A DNA stretch of 44,302 bases from an uncultured Akkermansia sp. Its GTDB lineage: Bacteria > Verrucomicrobiota > Kiritimatiellia > RFP12 > UBA1067. A program made the position numbers and the translations under genes. This document shows positions 1-8,610 of the stretch, piece after piece. The stretch is taken from contig CAYWNP010000002.1 of assembly GCA_964459675.1 (NCBI GenBank), positions 4,665-48,966 of the forward strand. The letters are read 5' to 3'. The stretch's first letter is position 1. Each line of letters starts with the position of its first letter. The notes under the pieces were generated by a model. That model did no database searches and was not told where the DNA came from. It saw only the letters and a program-made list of their open reading frames with translations.

Positions 1-72
1 GGCGAAGTCGTGATCGTTATCGCCGGCAACAATCCCAAGTTCGCCCGCGAAGAAGCCGAAGAGAAGTTCTAA
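1..72 (+). CDS. 3' end of an unidentified CDS truncated by the window edge
   Basis: Frame 1 is open from base 1 to TAA 70-72 (...GEVVIVIAGNNPKFAREEAEEKF*). Only 23 codons are visible, so the product cannot be assigned. Confidence 0.35.
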   Translation, partial: GEVVIVIAGNNPKFAREEAEEKF

Positions 73-100
73 AGTTCGAGATTTCTAAAGTTCTAAAGTT
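67..100. repeat. Tandem octamer array TTCTAAAG x4 (one degenerate unit)
   Basis: Units are at 67-74, 75-82 (TTCGAGAT), 83-90 and 91-98. The array begins at the stop codon of the upstream CDS. Confidence 0.8.
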
Positions 101-144
101 TTGGATACAGGGAGGAGAAAGCCAATATGGATTTACTCCCCATC

Positions 145-176
145 ATTCCACAATTCCATTTTTCCATTATTCCATT
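145..176. repeat. Tandem octamer array ATTCCATT x4
   Basis: The four units are ATTCCACA, ATTCCATT, TTTCCATT and ATTCCATT, in the spacer upstream of proS. Confidence 0.8.
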
Positions 177-316
177 CTTTTGTCTTGCGGAAACACCCGA
201 AATAAGGTGAAATAGTCTCTTAATTGTTTTGAATGTAATAGGTTAGGTAAATCACTGTCTTTTGGCTGTCCGCTGGAAGGTGTTTGTTTTGTCGGAAAAT
301 AGGAAGGAAATTTTTC

Positions 317-2020
317 ATGCGTTGGTCTCGTACTCTCATCACCACGTTGCGCGATGATCCCCAGGAAGCAGAAATCGCCAGTCACAAATTAATGGTTCGC
401 GCCGGACTGATCCGTAAGCTCTCGGGTGGGCTCTATACCTTTATGCCTTTCGGTGTTCGTGCGTTGCACAAGGTCGCACAGATTGTCCGCGAGGAGATGA
501 ATCGCGCGGGCGCTCAGGAAATTCTCATGCCGGCGCTGCAACCCGCAGAGATGTGGGAACGCTCCGGTCGTCTGGCCACCATGGGCCCAGGCATGTTCCG
601 GTTGAAGGATCGTGCCGAGCGCATGATGGTTCTCGGTCCGACCCATGAAGAGGTTACCACGGAGATGATGTGCAATGAGGTCAGCTCGTATCGCCAGCTT
701 CCCTGCACGGTCTATCAGATCCAGACGAAATTCCGTGACGAGATCCGTCCGCGCTTCGGCTTGATGCGCGCGAAGGAGTTCATCATGAAGGATGCCTACA
801 GCTTTGACGTCTCGTATGAGGCCGCGGATGCTTCGTATCAGGCGATGTATGATGCGTATGTCCGTATTTTCAAACGGTGCGGACTCTTGGCGCGTCCGGT
901 CGAGGCGGACACCGGGGACATCGGCGGTAAGTGGTCGCATGAGTTCATGGTGCTCGCGGACTCTGGCGAGGATGGCGTGATTGATTGCCCCGCATGCGGC
1001 TATGCAGCCAATCAGGAACGTGCGGAACGCAAGGTAGAGGCGACCGGATTGTCGTCCGATGGCGCGCTTGAAGAAGTTGCAACCCCCAATGTCCGTACAA
1101 TCGAACAGCTCATGGCCTTCTTTAAGTGTCCAGGGGATCTGTTCCTGAAAACATTGATCTACGTTGCCGATGGCAAGCCCGTGGCGGTGTTGGTGCCGGG
1201 TGACCGCGAACTGAACGAACCGAAGTTCAAGCGTCTCTTGGGCGTAAAGAAACTGGAGCTTGCAGATGACGCGACGATCCAGAGCGTGACCGGTGCGCCG
1301 GTCGGCTTTGCAGGTCCTGTCGGACTCTCCATCCCGCTCTATGCCGATCAGGCGCTGAAGGATTCCGTGGGCCGTATTTCAGGTGCGAACAAGGCGGATA
1401 CGCATTTAAAGAATGTTTCTTTAACGCGCGATGCAAAGGTTCTGGCCTTTGAAGATCTTGTTATGGTCGGGGCTGGCGATGCGTGTCCCCGTTGCGGTAA
1501 GCCATTGCAGATCAAACGGGGCATCGAAGTGGGCCACGTCTTCAAGCTCGGCACGAAATATTCAGAGTCCTTTGATGCAAAGTTTTTGAGTCCCGAAGGA
1601 CAACGTGAGCTGATGGTCATGGGCTGTTATGGGATCGGCGTGACGCGCACCCTGCAGGCGATCGTCGAGCAGAACCACGACGCAGATGGTATTTGCTGGC
1701 CCGTCTCGGTGGCACCCTTTGAGGTGACGCTGTTGAACTTGGATACCAAGGACGCGGCGGTTTGCGCGGTGGTGGATCAGTTGGAGAAAGAGCTTCAGGA
1801 CGTCGGCATTGACGTTTTTGTGGATGACCGTGAGGATCGCCCAGGCGTGAAATTTAAGGATGCGGATCTTCTCGGCTGTCCGATACGTGTTGTGGTGGGC
1901 GCCAAGGGGTTGGCCAAGGGCGGCGTCGAGGTCAAGATGCGCACCTCTAAGGAGGTCGCGATAGTGCCTGTCGATCAGGCGGTGGCGGATATTGTTGGGC
2001 GTGTGAAAAAGTTTGTTTAA
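317..2020 (+). CDS. proS: Prolyl-tRNA synthetase, bacterial type with editing insertion
   Basis: ORF 284-2020. The best start is ATG 317, preceded by AGGAAGGA at 301-308. The N-terminus is MRWSRTLITTLRDDPQEAEIASHKLMVRAGLIRK. ProRS/class-II blocks are FIMKDAYSF and GCYGIGVTR. The length (~567 aa) is typical. Confidence 0.95.
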   Translation: MRWSRTLITTLRDDPQEAEIASHKLMVRAGLIRKLSGGLYTFMPFGVRALHKVAQIVREEMNRAGAQEILMPALQPAEMWERSGRLATMGPGMFRLKDRAERMMVLGPTHEEVTTEMMCNEVSSYRQLPCTVYQIQTKFRDEIRPRFGLMRAKEFIMKDAYSFDVSYEAADASYQAMYDAYVRIFKRCGLLARPVEADTGDIGGKWSHEFMVLADSGEDGVIDCPACGYAANQERAERKVEATGLSSDGALEEVATPNVRTIEQLMAFFKCPGDLFLKTLIYVADGKPVAVLVPGDRELNEPKFKRLLGVKKLELADDATIQSVTGAPVGFAGPVGLSIPLYADQALKDSVGRISGANKADTHLKNVSLTRDAKVLAFEDLVMVGAGDACPRCGKPLQIKRGIEVGHVFKLGTKYSESFDAKFLSPEGQRELMVMGCYGIGVTRTLQAIVEQNHDADGICWPVSVAPFEVTLLNLDTKDAAVCAVVDQLEKELQDVGIDVFVDDREDRPGVKFKDADLLGCPIRVVVGAKGLAKGGVEVKMRTSKEVAIVPVDQAVADIVGRVKKFV

Positions 2021-2032
2021 TGGAGGGGTTTT

Positions 2033-2344
2033 ATGAAAAAAGAGACAGAGTACACAGGTATGGCTTTGACCAAACGCGATTTGGCCATTCTGATATCAGA
2101 GGAGAGCGGTTTGAATCAACAGCAGGCGTTGCATGCGGTGCAGTTGGCACTGGACAACATCTGCGCTGCGCTCGAGAAGGGACAGCACGTGGAGTTCAGG
2201 GATTTTGGCGTCTTTGAGATCGTGACGCGCAAGGCGCGCATCGGACGTAACCCCAACAAACCTCAGGATACCGTGACGATTCCCGAGCACAAGAGCGTGA
2301 AGTTCAAGCCCGGAAAACGCATGCGCGAAATGTTCGGGAACTAA
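2033..2344 (+). CDS. HU/IHF-family nucleoid-associated DNA-binding protein
   Basis: GGAGGGG lies just upstream of ATG 2033. The HU/IHF beta-arm signature is RKARIGRNPNKPQDTVTIPEHKSVKFKPGKRM. An alternative start is ATG 2060. Confidence 0.85.
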   Translation: MKKETEYTGMALTKRDLAILISEESGLNQQQALHAVQLALDNICAALEKGQHVEFRDFGVFEIVTRKARIGRNPNKPQDTVTIPEHKSVKFKPGKRMREMFGN

Positions 2345-2345
2345 C

Positions 2346-3614
2346 ATGACAGAGCCCCTCTCGTTTGAACCCCCGCGCGGGATGCGTGATTTCTATCCGG
2401 AAGACATGGTCTGGCGTAATCGCGTCTTTGATGCCTGGCGTCAAGCCTCGGTTTCGTTTGGCTTTCAGCCCTATGATGCCTGCGTGGTTGAGAACCTCGC
2501 CCTGCTGCAACGCAAGAGCGGCGAGGAGGTCTCGGAACAGATCTATCACTTTGAAGACAAGAGCGGACGCAAGCTCGCGCTACGGCCCGAGATGACGCCC
2601 ACCTTGGCGCGCATGATTGCCGCCAAGCAAGGCCAGCTCGCCTTCCCTGTCAAATGGTTCACGGTGGCGCAATGCTTTCGTTACGAACGCATGACGCGCG
2701 GACGCAAGCGCGAGCACTATCAGTGGAACATGGATGTCATCGGCGAAGAGAGCGTCTCTGCTGAAGCTGAGTTGCTGGCAGCGGTCGCACTCGCCTTGCA
2801 AAACATGGGCATGCCTGCTAACGGCTATCGCATTCATGTCAACAACCGCGCGCTGCTCTCCGAACTCTTGGCCGCTTCAGGCATCGCGGCGAACCATCAT
2901 GCCGCAGTCTTCCTCGCCTTGGATAAACGCGGAAAGATTGAAGACACAGAGATTCGCGACCTGCTCATCAAAGAGGGGCTCGATGAAACCGCGATTTCAA
3001 AAACCTTTGACCTGCTCTCCGTGCAAACCTTAGAGCAGGCCGCAGCACGGACTGCACCCGACTCGCCTGCAGTGAAGGCGTTGCGCGACCTCTTTGAACT
3101 CGCTGCAATTTATGGCATCGTTGATCGGCTGGTCTTTGACATTTCGGTCATTCGCGGACTCTCCTATTACACGGGCATTGTCTTTGAAGCTTTTGATGCT
3201 GAACGAAAATTCCGCGCCATCTTTGGTGGCGGACGCTATGACAGTCTCCTGACCGCGATCGGTGGACAGCCAACGCCTGCGGTCGGACTCGGCTTCGGCG
3301 ATGTCGTCGTGGTCGAGGTGCTGAAGGAACTGCTGGGCGAGACCGCTGCAACGGAAAAGCGCGGCGTGATCATCGGCTATATGTTTCCCGAACAACGCGA
3401 AGTGGCTACCGCACTCGCGCGTCGTTTGCGTGAGGCCGGTGAAGCGGTCGAGCTCATGCTCGCCAAACAGAAGCCGAAACAATTTTTCGCCCGTGCGAGT
3501 GCAAGTCCGGCTGCAGATGCGATCTTCATCGGACCCGACGATGTGACCAACGGCCGCGCCAAACGCAAAAACTTGACCACACGCGAAGAAGTAGAGATAC
3601 CGCTATGCAAGTGA
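2346..3614 (+). CDS. hisS: Histidyl-tRNA synthetase
   Basis: HisRS blocks are RPEMTPTLARM, FRYERMTRGRKREHYQWNMDVIG (motif 2) and FGGGRYDSLL (motif 3). A C-terminal anticodon-binding-type domain is present, which argues for HisS rather than HisZ. Confidence 0.9.
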   Translation: MTEPLSFEPPRGMRDFYPEDMVWRNRVFDAWRQASVSFGFQPYDACVVENLALLQRKSGEEVSEQIYHFEDKSGRKLALRPEMTPTLARMIAAKQGQLAFPVKWFTVAQCFRYERMTRGRKREHYQWNMDVIGEESVSAEAELLAAVALALQNMGMPANGYRIHVNNRALLSELLAASGIAANHHAAVFLALDKRGKIEDTEIRDLLIKEGLDETAISKTFDLLSVQTLEQAAARTAPDSPAVKALRDLFELAAIYGIVDRLVFDISVIRGLSYYTGIVFEAFDAERKFRAIFGGGRYDSLLTAIGGQPTPAVGLGFGDVVVVEVLKELLGETAATEKRGVIIGYMFPEQREVATALARRLREAGEAVELMLAKQKPKQFFARASASPAADAIFIGPDDVTNGRAKRKNLTTREEVEIPLCK

Positions 3615-4792
3615 TCTCACGTGCGATTCAGAAACAGATGGAGAACGCCTCGTGGATTCGGCGCATGTTCGAGAAGGGCATGGAGCTGAAGAAGCAGTTT
3701 GGCGCAGACAAGGTCTTTGACTTCAGCCTTGGAAATCCTGACATTCCGCCGCCCGCGCGGGCACGCGAAGCATTGTTGGCGATTACGGAACAGGCCGTGA
3801 AGCCGATGGGATTGGGCTATTGTCCGAATGCCGGACTCCCCGCATTTCGCGAAGCGCTTGCCGCGTGGTTGACAAAACAGCAGCAGGTGCCGCTGCAGAG
3901 CGCGCATATCGTTGTGACCTGTGGCGCCGCAGGTGCCTTGACCTCCTTCTTCCGCGCTGTGCTCGAACCCGGCGATGAAGTGCTCTCGCCTGCTCCCTGC
4001 TTTGTCGAGTATGGCGCCTATTGCGGACACTTCGGGGGCGTCCTGAAAACAGTCCCCTCGATGCCGCCCTCCTTTCAGCCGGATCTCGCCGGACTCGAGG
4101 CAGCGATTACGGAGAAGACGCGCGTCCTGATTATTAATTCCCCGAACAATCCGACCGGATGCGTCTACTCGCAAGAGACCTTGACGAAGTTGGGTCAGCT
4201 TGTGGAACGCGTCAATGCGACACGCGAGCGTCCGCTCTTTCTGGTCAGCGATGAGCCCTATCGTTTTCTCGCGTACGATGATGTGACGATTCCGCCCGTC
4301 CTTCCTGTCTCTCCCTTTGCCGTGGTCATGGGCTCCTTTTCAAAAAGCTTGTCCTTGGCTGGCGAGCGCATTGGCTACATTGCCGTAAACCCCGCCTTGC
4401 CGGATGTCGCCTTGCTGGTAAATGCAGTGACCATGACCAATCGCACATTGGGCTTTGTCAATGCGCCGATTTTGGGACAGCGGTTGGCCATGGCGCTGTT
4501 GGATGAGGGCGTGGACCTCTCGATCTATGATCGCCGCCGCAAGGCCATGGCCCAAGTGCTCACAGATGCCGGCATCCATTTTTCCATGCCGCAAGGGGCC
4601 TTCTATTTCTTCCCGAAGGCACCAGGGGGCGATGACCAAGCCTTTGTGCAGGCGCTCCTGCAATACAATGTGCTGGCTGTGCCAGGTACCGGCTTCGGTT
4701 TCCCCGGCTACTTCCGCCTGAGCTTCAGCGTCGAAGACAAAGTCATCGCCGGCTCAGCCTCTGGCTTTGCCGCCGCTGCAAAGCAGTTTTAA
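3605..4792 (+). CDS. PLP-dependent aminotransferase, class I/II (Asp/Ala aminotransferase-like)
   Basis: Fold-type I aminotransferase blocks are INSPNNPTG and GSFSKSLSLAGERIGY (PLP-lysine region). The start overlaps the hisS end by 10 nt. Confidence 0.85.
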   Translation: MQVISRAIQKQMENASWIRRMFEKGMELKKQFGADKVFDFSLGNPDIPPPARAREALLAITEQAVKPMGLGYCPNAGLPAFREALAAWLTKQQQVPLQSAHIVVTCGAAGALTSFFRAVLEPGDEVLSPAPCFVEYGAYCGHFGGVLKTVPSMPPSFQPDLAGLEAAITEKTRVLIINSPNNPTGCVYSQETLTKLGQLVERVNATRERPLFLVSDEPYRFLAYDDVTIPPVLPVSPFAVVMGSFSKSLSLAGERIGYIAVNPALPDVALLVNAVTMTNRTLGFVNAPILGQRLAMALLDEGVDLSIYDRRRKAMAQVLTDAGIHFSMPQGAFYFFPKAPGGDDQAFVQALLQYNVLAVPGTGFGFPGYFRLSFSVEDKVIAGSASGFAAAAKQF

Positions 4793-4822
4793 GGAGTCTT
4801 ATGGCATCTCCTCGTTTCCCGT

Positions 4823-4843
4823 GGGTTCAGGGTTCAGGGTTCA
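4823..4843. repeat. Tandem heptamer array GGGTTCA x3
   Basis: Three perfect units, read directly. Confidence 0.85.
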
Positions 4844-4883
4844 GCTTGGACGTTCAATGTGCCGTAGTCGTATCCGCGAAGGT

Positions 4884-4904
4884 GGATGTTGGATGTTCGA
4901 TGTT
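4884..4904. repeat. Tandem heptamer array GGATGTT x3
   Basis: The units are GGATGTT, GGATGTT and CGATGTT. Reverse-complement words (AACATCGAA x2) occur at 26347-26369. Confidence 0.85.
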
Positions 4905-4935
4905 CTCTTATATTCGTGCCGTTCGCGCAATTCGG

Positions 4936-6294
4936 ATGCTAAAAAATTACCCCCTTCTTTTTTCTTTTTTCTTTTTTCTTTCTTCTTTCCCCGCTTCCGC
5001 CGTCGACTTCACCGGTCCGACCGAGTGGGAGACGGTTCAGACCAACGTGGTCAAGACGTGGCAGGCTCAGCAAGTCGCAGCGACCTCCGCGAATGTGCGC
5101 GTCTGGGCGGGCGTCATTGCTGATCGCGAAAAACGCGAAGTGCGTCTCCTGGCCGAGGCGGTCGGTCATAACCTGGATACCACGATCGAATTTCTGATTG
5201 CAGCGCCACAGAGCAATCGTGCCTATGAGTCAGCCATGATGAGTGTGGCAAAGCCCTCTGACATTGTGCGTGCCCTGGAGTGGATCGGCCTTCCACGAGG
5301 AACCGTGATCAACGGACGTCAGTTCTGTTTCTGGCCCAAGGGCGAACGTGTTTCAGGGACCATCCGTCGTCTCAGCGATAAGCCCCTGTCGGCGCGGCCG
5401 TTGCAATCCGTGATCAAGGATGTCTCCAAGGAAGGGCCCCTGTATGGCGAAGCCGGGCTTGTCTTTACCGGGGGCACGTGGAAGGAGAATACCTGCAGCG
5501 TGGACACCGAGCAGCCTTGCTCCGTGATCGCCCTCTACAATGAAGAGGAGACGCTCTTGGATCTTCCCTTTCTCGCCTCCAAGGGTGTGGCGTATGGTCG
5601 GTCGGTCTTGGCGGAAAAGATGAACTATGGCGAAGTGCTGGAGGTGGTGATCATGCCGATGCTTCTGCCGGATGGCGCCTTGCGCACGACGCACCTTTTT
5701 CTGACTGCACATCCTTCGGAGATAAAGGAGACGACACTGGTTTGTGCCGACAATAAAGGGAAGGTCATTAAGAAGGGGACGTTAACAGAGGTGGTGACGT
5801 GGTTGAAAGCGTTGTCCGATCGTGGCGAAGATCTCTTTGTGACGCTGACCATGTCCGAGGAGATGACTCTGGCGCAGGCGGCTGATCTCGCAAGTCTCTT
5901 TGCATTGTTGGATGGCAAGGGAATCAAATTGTATGGAAAAGAGAAAGCGGGCATCTTTCCTCGCGCCTTTTTGCCACAAGAGGCATGGCGCAAACGGGAA
6001 GGGCGCACACCGCAGCCCTTTGAAGTCTATCTGCTCGGCGATACGAATCGGCTGACCTACATTGAGGAGGACTGGAGCGGAGAGGGGCTGGATCCCAAGC
6101 TCTCGCCAAAGGATTATCCCTTTTCTGAGGTGAGCGAATTGCCAGGGCTTGTCAAACGTGTCGGAGACAAGGATAGCAAAAAGGTCGAGCTGCTCTTTGT
6201 CTTCGCCTCTCGCAACACCCCTCTCAAAAAAGTAATGCCCGCCGTCCGCGCCCTCTCCGACCGCCTCCCCCTCGTCTATATTTTCGCCGAGTAA
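4936..6294 (+). CDS. Hypothetical secreted protein (family not recognised)
   Basis: ORF 4801-6294. ATG 4936 gives a Sec-type signal peptide MLKNYPLLFSFFFFLSSFPASA|VD. The 45 codons upstream of it run through tandem-repeat DNA that looks non-coding. Confidence 0.6.
   Translation: MLKNYPLLFSFFFFLSSFPASAVDFTGPTEWETVQTNVVKTWQAQQVAATSANVRVWAGVIADREKREVRLLAEAVGHNLDTTIEFLIAAPQSNRAYESAMMSVAKPSDIVRALEWIGLPRGTVINGRQFCFWPKGERVSGTIRRLSDKPLSARPLQSVIKDVSKEGPLYGEAGLVFTGGTWKENTCSVDTEQPCSVIALYNEEETLLDLPFLASKGVAYGRSVLAEKMNYGEVLEVVIMPMLLPDGALRTTHLFLTAHPSEIKETTLVCADNKGKVIKKGTLTEVVTWLKALSDRGEDLFVTLTMSEEMTLAQAADLASLFALLDGKGIKLYGKEKAGIFPRAFLPQEAWRKREGRTPQPFEVYLLGDTNRLTYIEEDWSGEGLDPKLSPKDYPFSEVSELPGLVKRVGDKDSKKVELLFVFASRNTPLKKVMPAVRALSDRLPLVYIFAE
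4955..4989 (+). repeat. Pyrimidine heptamer array TTCTTT(T/C) x5 inside the signal-peptide coding region
   Basis: TTCTTTT x3 followed by TTCTTTC x2. The array encodes ...LLFSFFFFLSSF... Confidence 0.8.
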
Positions 6295-6305
6295 CCTTGT
6301 TTTTT

Positions 6306-6410
6306 TCTCACAGAGTCACAGAGGGCACAGAGCTAAGGGATCAACATACTAAAAGCTTTATCTTTCATGCTTGATGAATACGCCTCTGTGACCTCTGTGC
6401 CTCTGTGAGA
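6306..6410. repeat. Inverted arrays of CACAGAG(G) words (x3 each) flanking a 49-bp AT-rich core
   Basis: The left arm TCTCACAGAGTCACAGAGGGCACAGAGC is at 6306-6332. The right arm GCCTCTGTGACCTCTGTGCCTCTGTGAGA is at 6382-6410. The element lies between two convergent gene ends. Confidence 0.8.
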
Positions 6411-6435
6411 AAAGATGTTCGTCAGTGTATTAACT

Positions 6436-6461
6436 GCCAACTGCTACTGCCAACTGCTACT
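6436..6461. repeat. 13-bp direct repeat GCCAACTGCTACT x2
   Basis: Read directly. It overlaps the stop codon of the DUF1080 gene. The related word ACTGCTACTGCCA is at 16956-16968. Confidence 0.8.
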
Positions 6462-7599
6462 TTTTCTTCTCAAAGCCCTGTTCGTCAATGATCTTCTGCA
6501 GGCCGGCGCGCAGTTTGCAGTTCTCTGGGAAAACGGCATTGCTGATGAGAACGAGGGTGTCGCCATGCAAGGCCATGATATCGCCCTTCTTGTTCTTGAG
6601 CTCCTCGGGTGTCAGTTTCGAGAGATCATCCAGATACGACAACGCCAGCTTCACGAAGGGCTCACACCGCGCATCGGTTATCTCATAGCTCAAGACTTCC
6701 ATCATCTGGCGAAGCGTCTCGACCTTATTGGGATTGTCCCACTTGACGTTCTTCTCCAGTTCGGCTGCAGTCGCCTTGCGCAGCGCCATCACATCCTCTT
6801 TCTTCGCGCCAGGACCGCCATGGGTGGTGTTGGCATAACGCGAAGGAATCTCACGGATCCAGATGTTACGGTAGCGCACGGGGCTTCCGTGATACTGGAT
6901 TCGGAGCGGCAACTTCTCCTCATACTTCTTCTTGAGGGGGTTACGCGTCTTATGTGTGGCGGTTCCTTCAAACTCCCAGTGGTCCTGAATCAGGACGCCA
7001 TTATGGAGGACCGTAATGGTGCCGGGGTACTTCATCACATCACCCTCCCAGATGGGCTGGTGGAAGATGATATCATACGTCTGGAACTCGCCCGGCTTGC
7101 GGCAGGCATTGACCAGGGGAGGCGTCTCGCCATAGATCGACCCGGTCTGTCCATCGGCGTAGGTCTCATTGTTGTAACAATCGAGGACCTGCACTTCATG
7201 CTGGCCCATGAGGAAGATGCCGCTGTTGCCGCGTCCCTGTCCGGTTCTTGTACCTGCGGCAGGCGAAGCCCACTCGATATGGAGCTGGCAGTCACCGAAA
7301 GATTGCTTGGTGCGGACTTCGCCCTTGGCGACCTCCATCGCGCCGTCCACGAGTGTCCATTTGCACGGGGACTGATCGCGCGACATGCACCAGGCATCCA
7401 GGTTGGTTCCGTCAAAGAGGACAATCGCATCGGATGGCGGCTTGCCGGCTTCAGCCTGAATCACCTTTGGCCGCGGGCGGTTCATGTCATGAACGCTCCA
7501 CGCATGCGTTGCATTCGGCGTGTCACCATAAAGTGCAGCCAGTGTGGAAAGGGTTGTCGTCGTTGCCGCCACAAAGGCGATCATCATCATCTTGCTCAT
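6457..7599 (-). CDS. DUF1080 (3-keto-disaccharide hydrolase/LamG-like) domain protein, secreted
   Basis: ORF 6457-7887 trimmed to ATG 7599, which has AAGGAG upstream and gives the signal peptide MSKMMMIAFVAATTTTLSTLAA. The blocks FGDCQLHIEWASP, GNSGIFLMGQHEVQVLD and LRIQYHGSPVRYRNIWIREI are typical of the DUF1080 family. There is a helical C-terminal extension. Confidence 0.8.
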   Translation of the reverse strand: MSKMMMIAFVAATTTTLSTLAALYGDTPNATHAWSVHDMNRPRPKVIQAEAGKPPSDAIVLFDGTNLDAWCMSRDQSPCKWTLVDGAMEVAKGEVRTKQSFGDCQLHIEWASPAAGTRTGQGRGNSGIFLMGQHEVQVLDCYNNETYADGQTGSIYGETPPLVNACRKPGEFQTYDIIFHQPIWEGDVMKYPGTITVLHNGVLIQDHWEFEGTATHKTRNPLKKKYEEKLPLRIQYHGSPVRYRNIWIREIPSRYANTTHGGPGAKKEDVMALRKATAAELEKNVKWDNPNKVETLRQMMEVLSYEITDARCEPFVKLALSYLDDLSKLTPEELKNKKGDIMALHGDTLVLISNAVFPENCKLRAGLQKIIDEQGFEKKK

Positions 7600-7650
7600 C
7601 TCTGTTCTCCTTACTATACCTAAAATTTGCCTTATTTGGAAATTCTTCTT

Positions 7651-7688
7651 CATTCGCGCATTCCCGAATTCGCGAATTCGCGCACTTC
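7651..7688. repeat. ATTCGCGN octamer module (CATTCGCGCATTCCCGAATTCGCGAATTCGCGCACTTC)
   Basis: Four 8-bp units. Each 21-nt half recurs exactly near 16.9 kb. Confidence 0.85.
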
Positions 7689-7693
7689 TCTTA

Positions 7694-8257
7694 TTACAGC
7701 ACCTCGAAATAGGCTTGCGGATGTGCGCAGGCCGGACACTTATCCAGTGAGACAGTCCCAGTGTGCAGAAAACCGCAGTTCCGGCAGCGCCAGACCGTCT
7801 TCGCCTCGCGTTTAAAGACCGTACCCGCCTGAACGTTCGCAGCAAACGCGCGATAGCGTTCACCATGATATTTTTCTGCGTTGGCAATGCAGGTCATGAC
7901 GGCAGCGATCTCAGCAAAGCCCTCGTCCTTGGCTGTTGCCGCGAAGGTCGGATACATCGTCTGCCACTCATACTCCTCGCCCTCGGCCGCATGTTTCAAA
8001 TTCTCGAGCGTGGTCGCGATGACACCCGCTGGGAGCGTGACGGTGATCTCGACTTCGCCACCTTCGAGAAACTTAAAGAGGCGTTTGGCGTGTTCCTTCT
8101 CCTGATCCGCGGTTTCGGAGAAGATGGCGGCGATCTGTTCAAAGCCCTCCTTCTTTGCCTGTCCGGACCAATAGGTATATTTGTTGCGAGCTGTGGACTC
8201 TCCGACGAAAGCCTTTAGTAGATTCTTTTCTGTCTCTGTTCCCTTGACTGATGGCAT
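7694..8257 (-). CDS. rbr: Rubrerythrin
   Basis: The N-terminal half is a ferritin-like di-iron domain (EKEHAKRLFKFLEGG, EGEEYEWQTMYP). The C-terminus has a rubredoxin-like CRNCGF...CPACAHP. 187 aa. Confidence 0.9.
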   Translation of the reverse strand: MPSVKGTETEKNLLKAFVGESTARNKYTYWSGQAKKEGFEQIAAIFSETADQEKEHAKRLFKFLEGGEVEITVTLPAGVIATTLENLKHAAEGEEYEWQTMYPTFAATAKDEGFAEIAAVMTCIANAEKYHGERYRAFAANVQAGTVFKREAKTVWRCRNCGFLHTGTVSLDKCPACAHPQAYFEVL

Positions 8258-8361
8258 AAAACCTCCTGTTTTGATAATTGTTTAAGTCTACCACAGAGAA
8301 GGGTTGAGCGTGAAGTCCAAAAAAAGGCAACAGAGGTACGAGTGGTCACACATTTTAAGCA

Positions 8362-8548
8362 ATTGCCTTATTGCGTTATTGCCTTATTGCGTTATTAAGT
8401 GAAGCGAATACTGTTGGTCGTCTTACGCTTTTGGTATTCGCCGAATGGTTTCTTCTTCGCTCCAATGAGTCCATAATAGGTGTACATTCATGAAAACGTT
8501 GTCAAATCCACACAATAAGGCAATAACGCAATAAGGCAATAACGCAAT
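8362..8548. repeat. Inverted octamer arrays (ATTGCCTT/ATTGCGTT x4 and their reverse complement) bracketing a 117-nt core
   Basis: The arms are at 8362-8396 and 8514-8548. A perfect 27-bp stem is possible with a one-unit register shift. The core has an internal inverted repeat GCGAATAC (8404-8411) / GTATTCGC (8434-8441). Confidence 0.85.
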
Positions 8549-8610
8549 TCTCTCAACTTCCGCTTGCAAACGCCCAAGGGAAATGGCAAACTAACGCTCT
8601 CTTTTCTCAT

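Noticed and set aside
73-316. A T-box or other leader upstream of proS.
   Set aside because: No specifier-loop or T-box consensus (AANNNGGGTGGTACCGCG-like) is visible. The region is dominated by octamer arrays.
2346-3614. HisZ (the ATP-PRT regulatory subunit) instead of HisS.
   Set aside because: All three class-II motifs, including GGGRYD, are intact. A C-terminal anticodon-binding-type domain is present, and the gene is not adjacent to hisG.
6415-7623. A 402-aa ORF on the + strand opposite the DUF1080 gene.
   Set aside because: It is an antisense shadow ORF. The minus-strand frame has a signal peptide, an RBS and recognisable family motifs, whereas the + frame translation is low-complexity (L/R/G/H-rich) with no motifs.
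8258-8361. A PerR/Fur box upstream of rubrerythrin (TGATAATTGTTTAA at about 8272-8285).
   Set aside because: It matches only half of the consensus inverted repeat. That is too weak to call without a position-weight-matrix score.
8362-8548. Could the repeat arrays here (and at 26375-26409, 42215-42266, 6306-6410) be CRISPR arrays?
   Set aside because: The units are 7-8 bp and directly abutting, with no unique spacers. There are no 25-40 bp repeats and no cas genes in the window.
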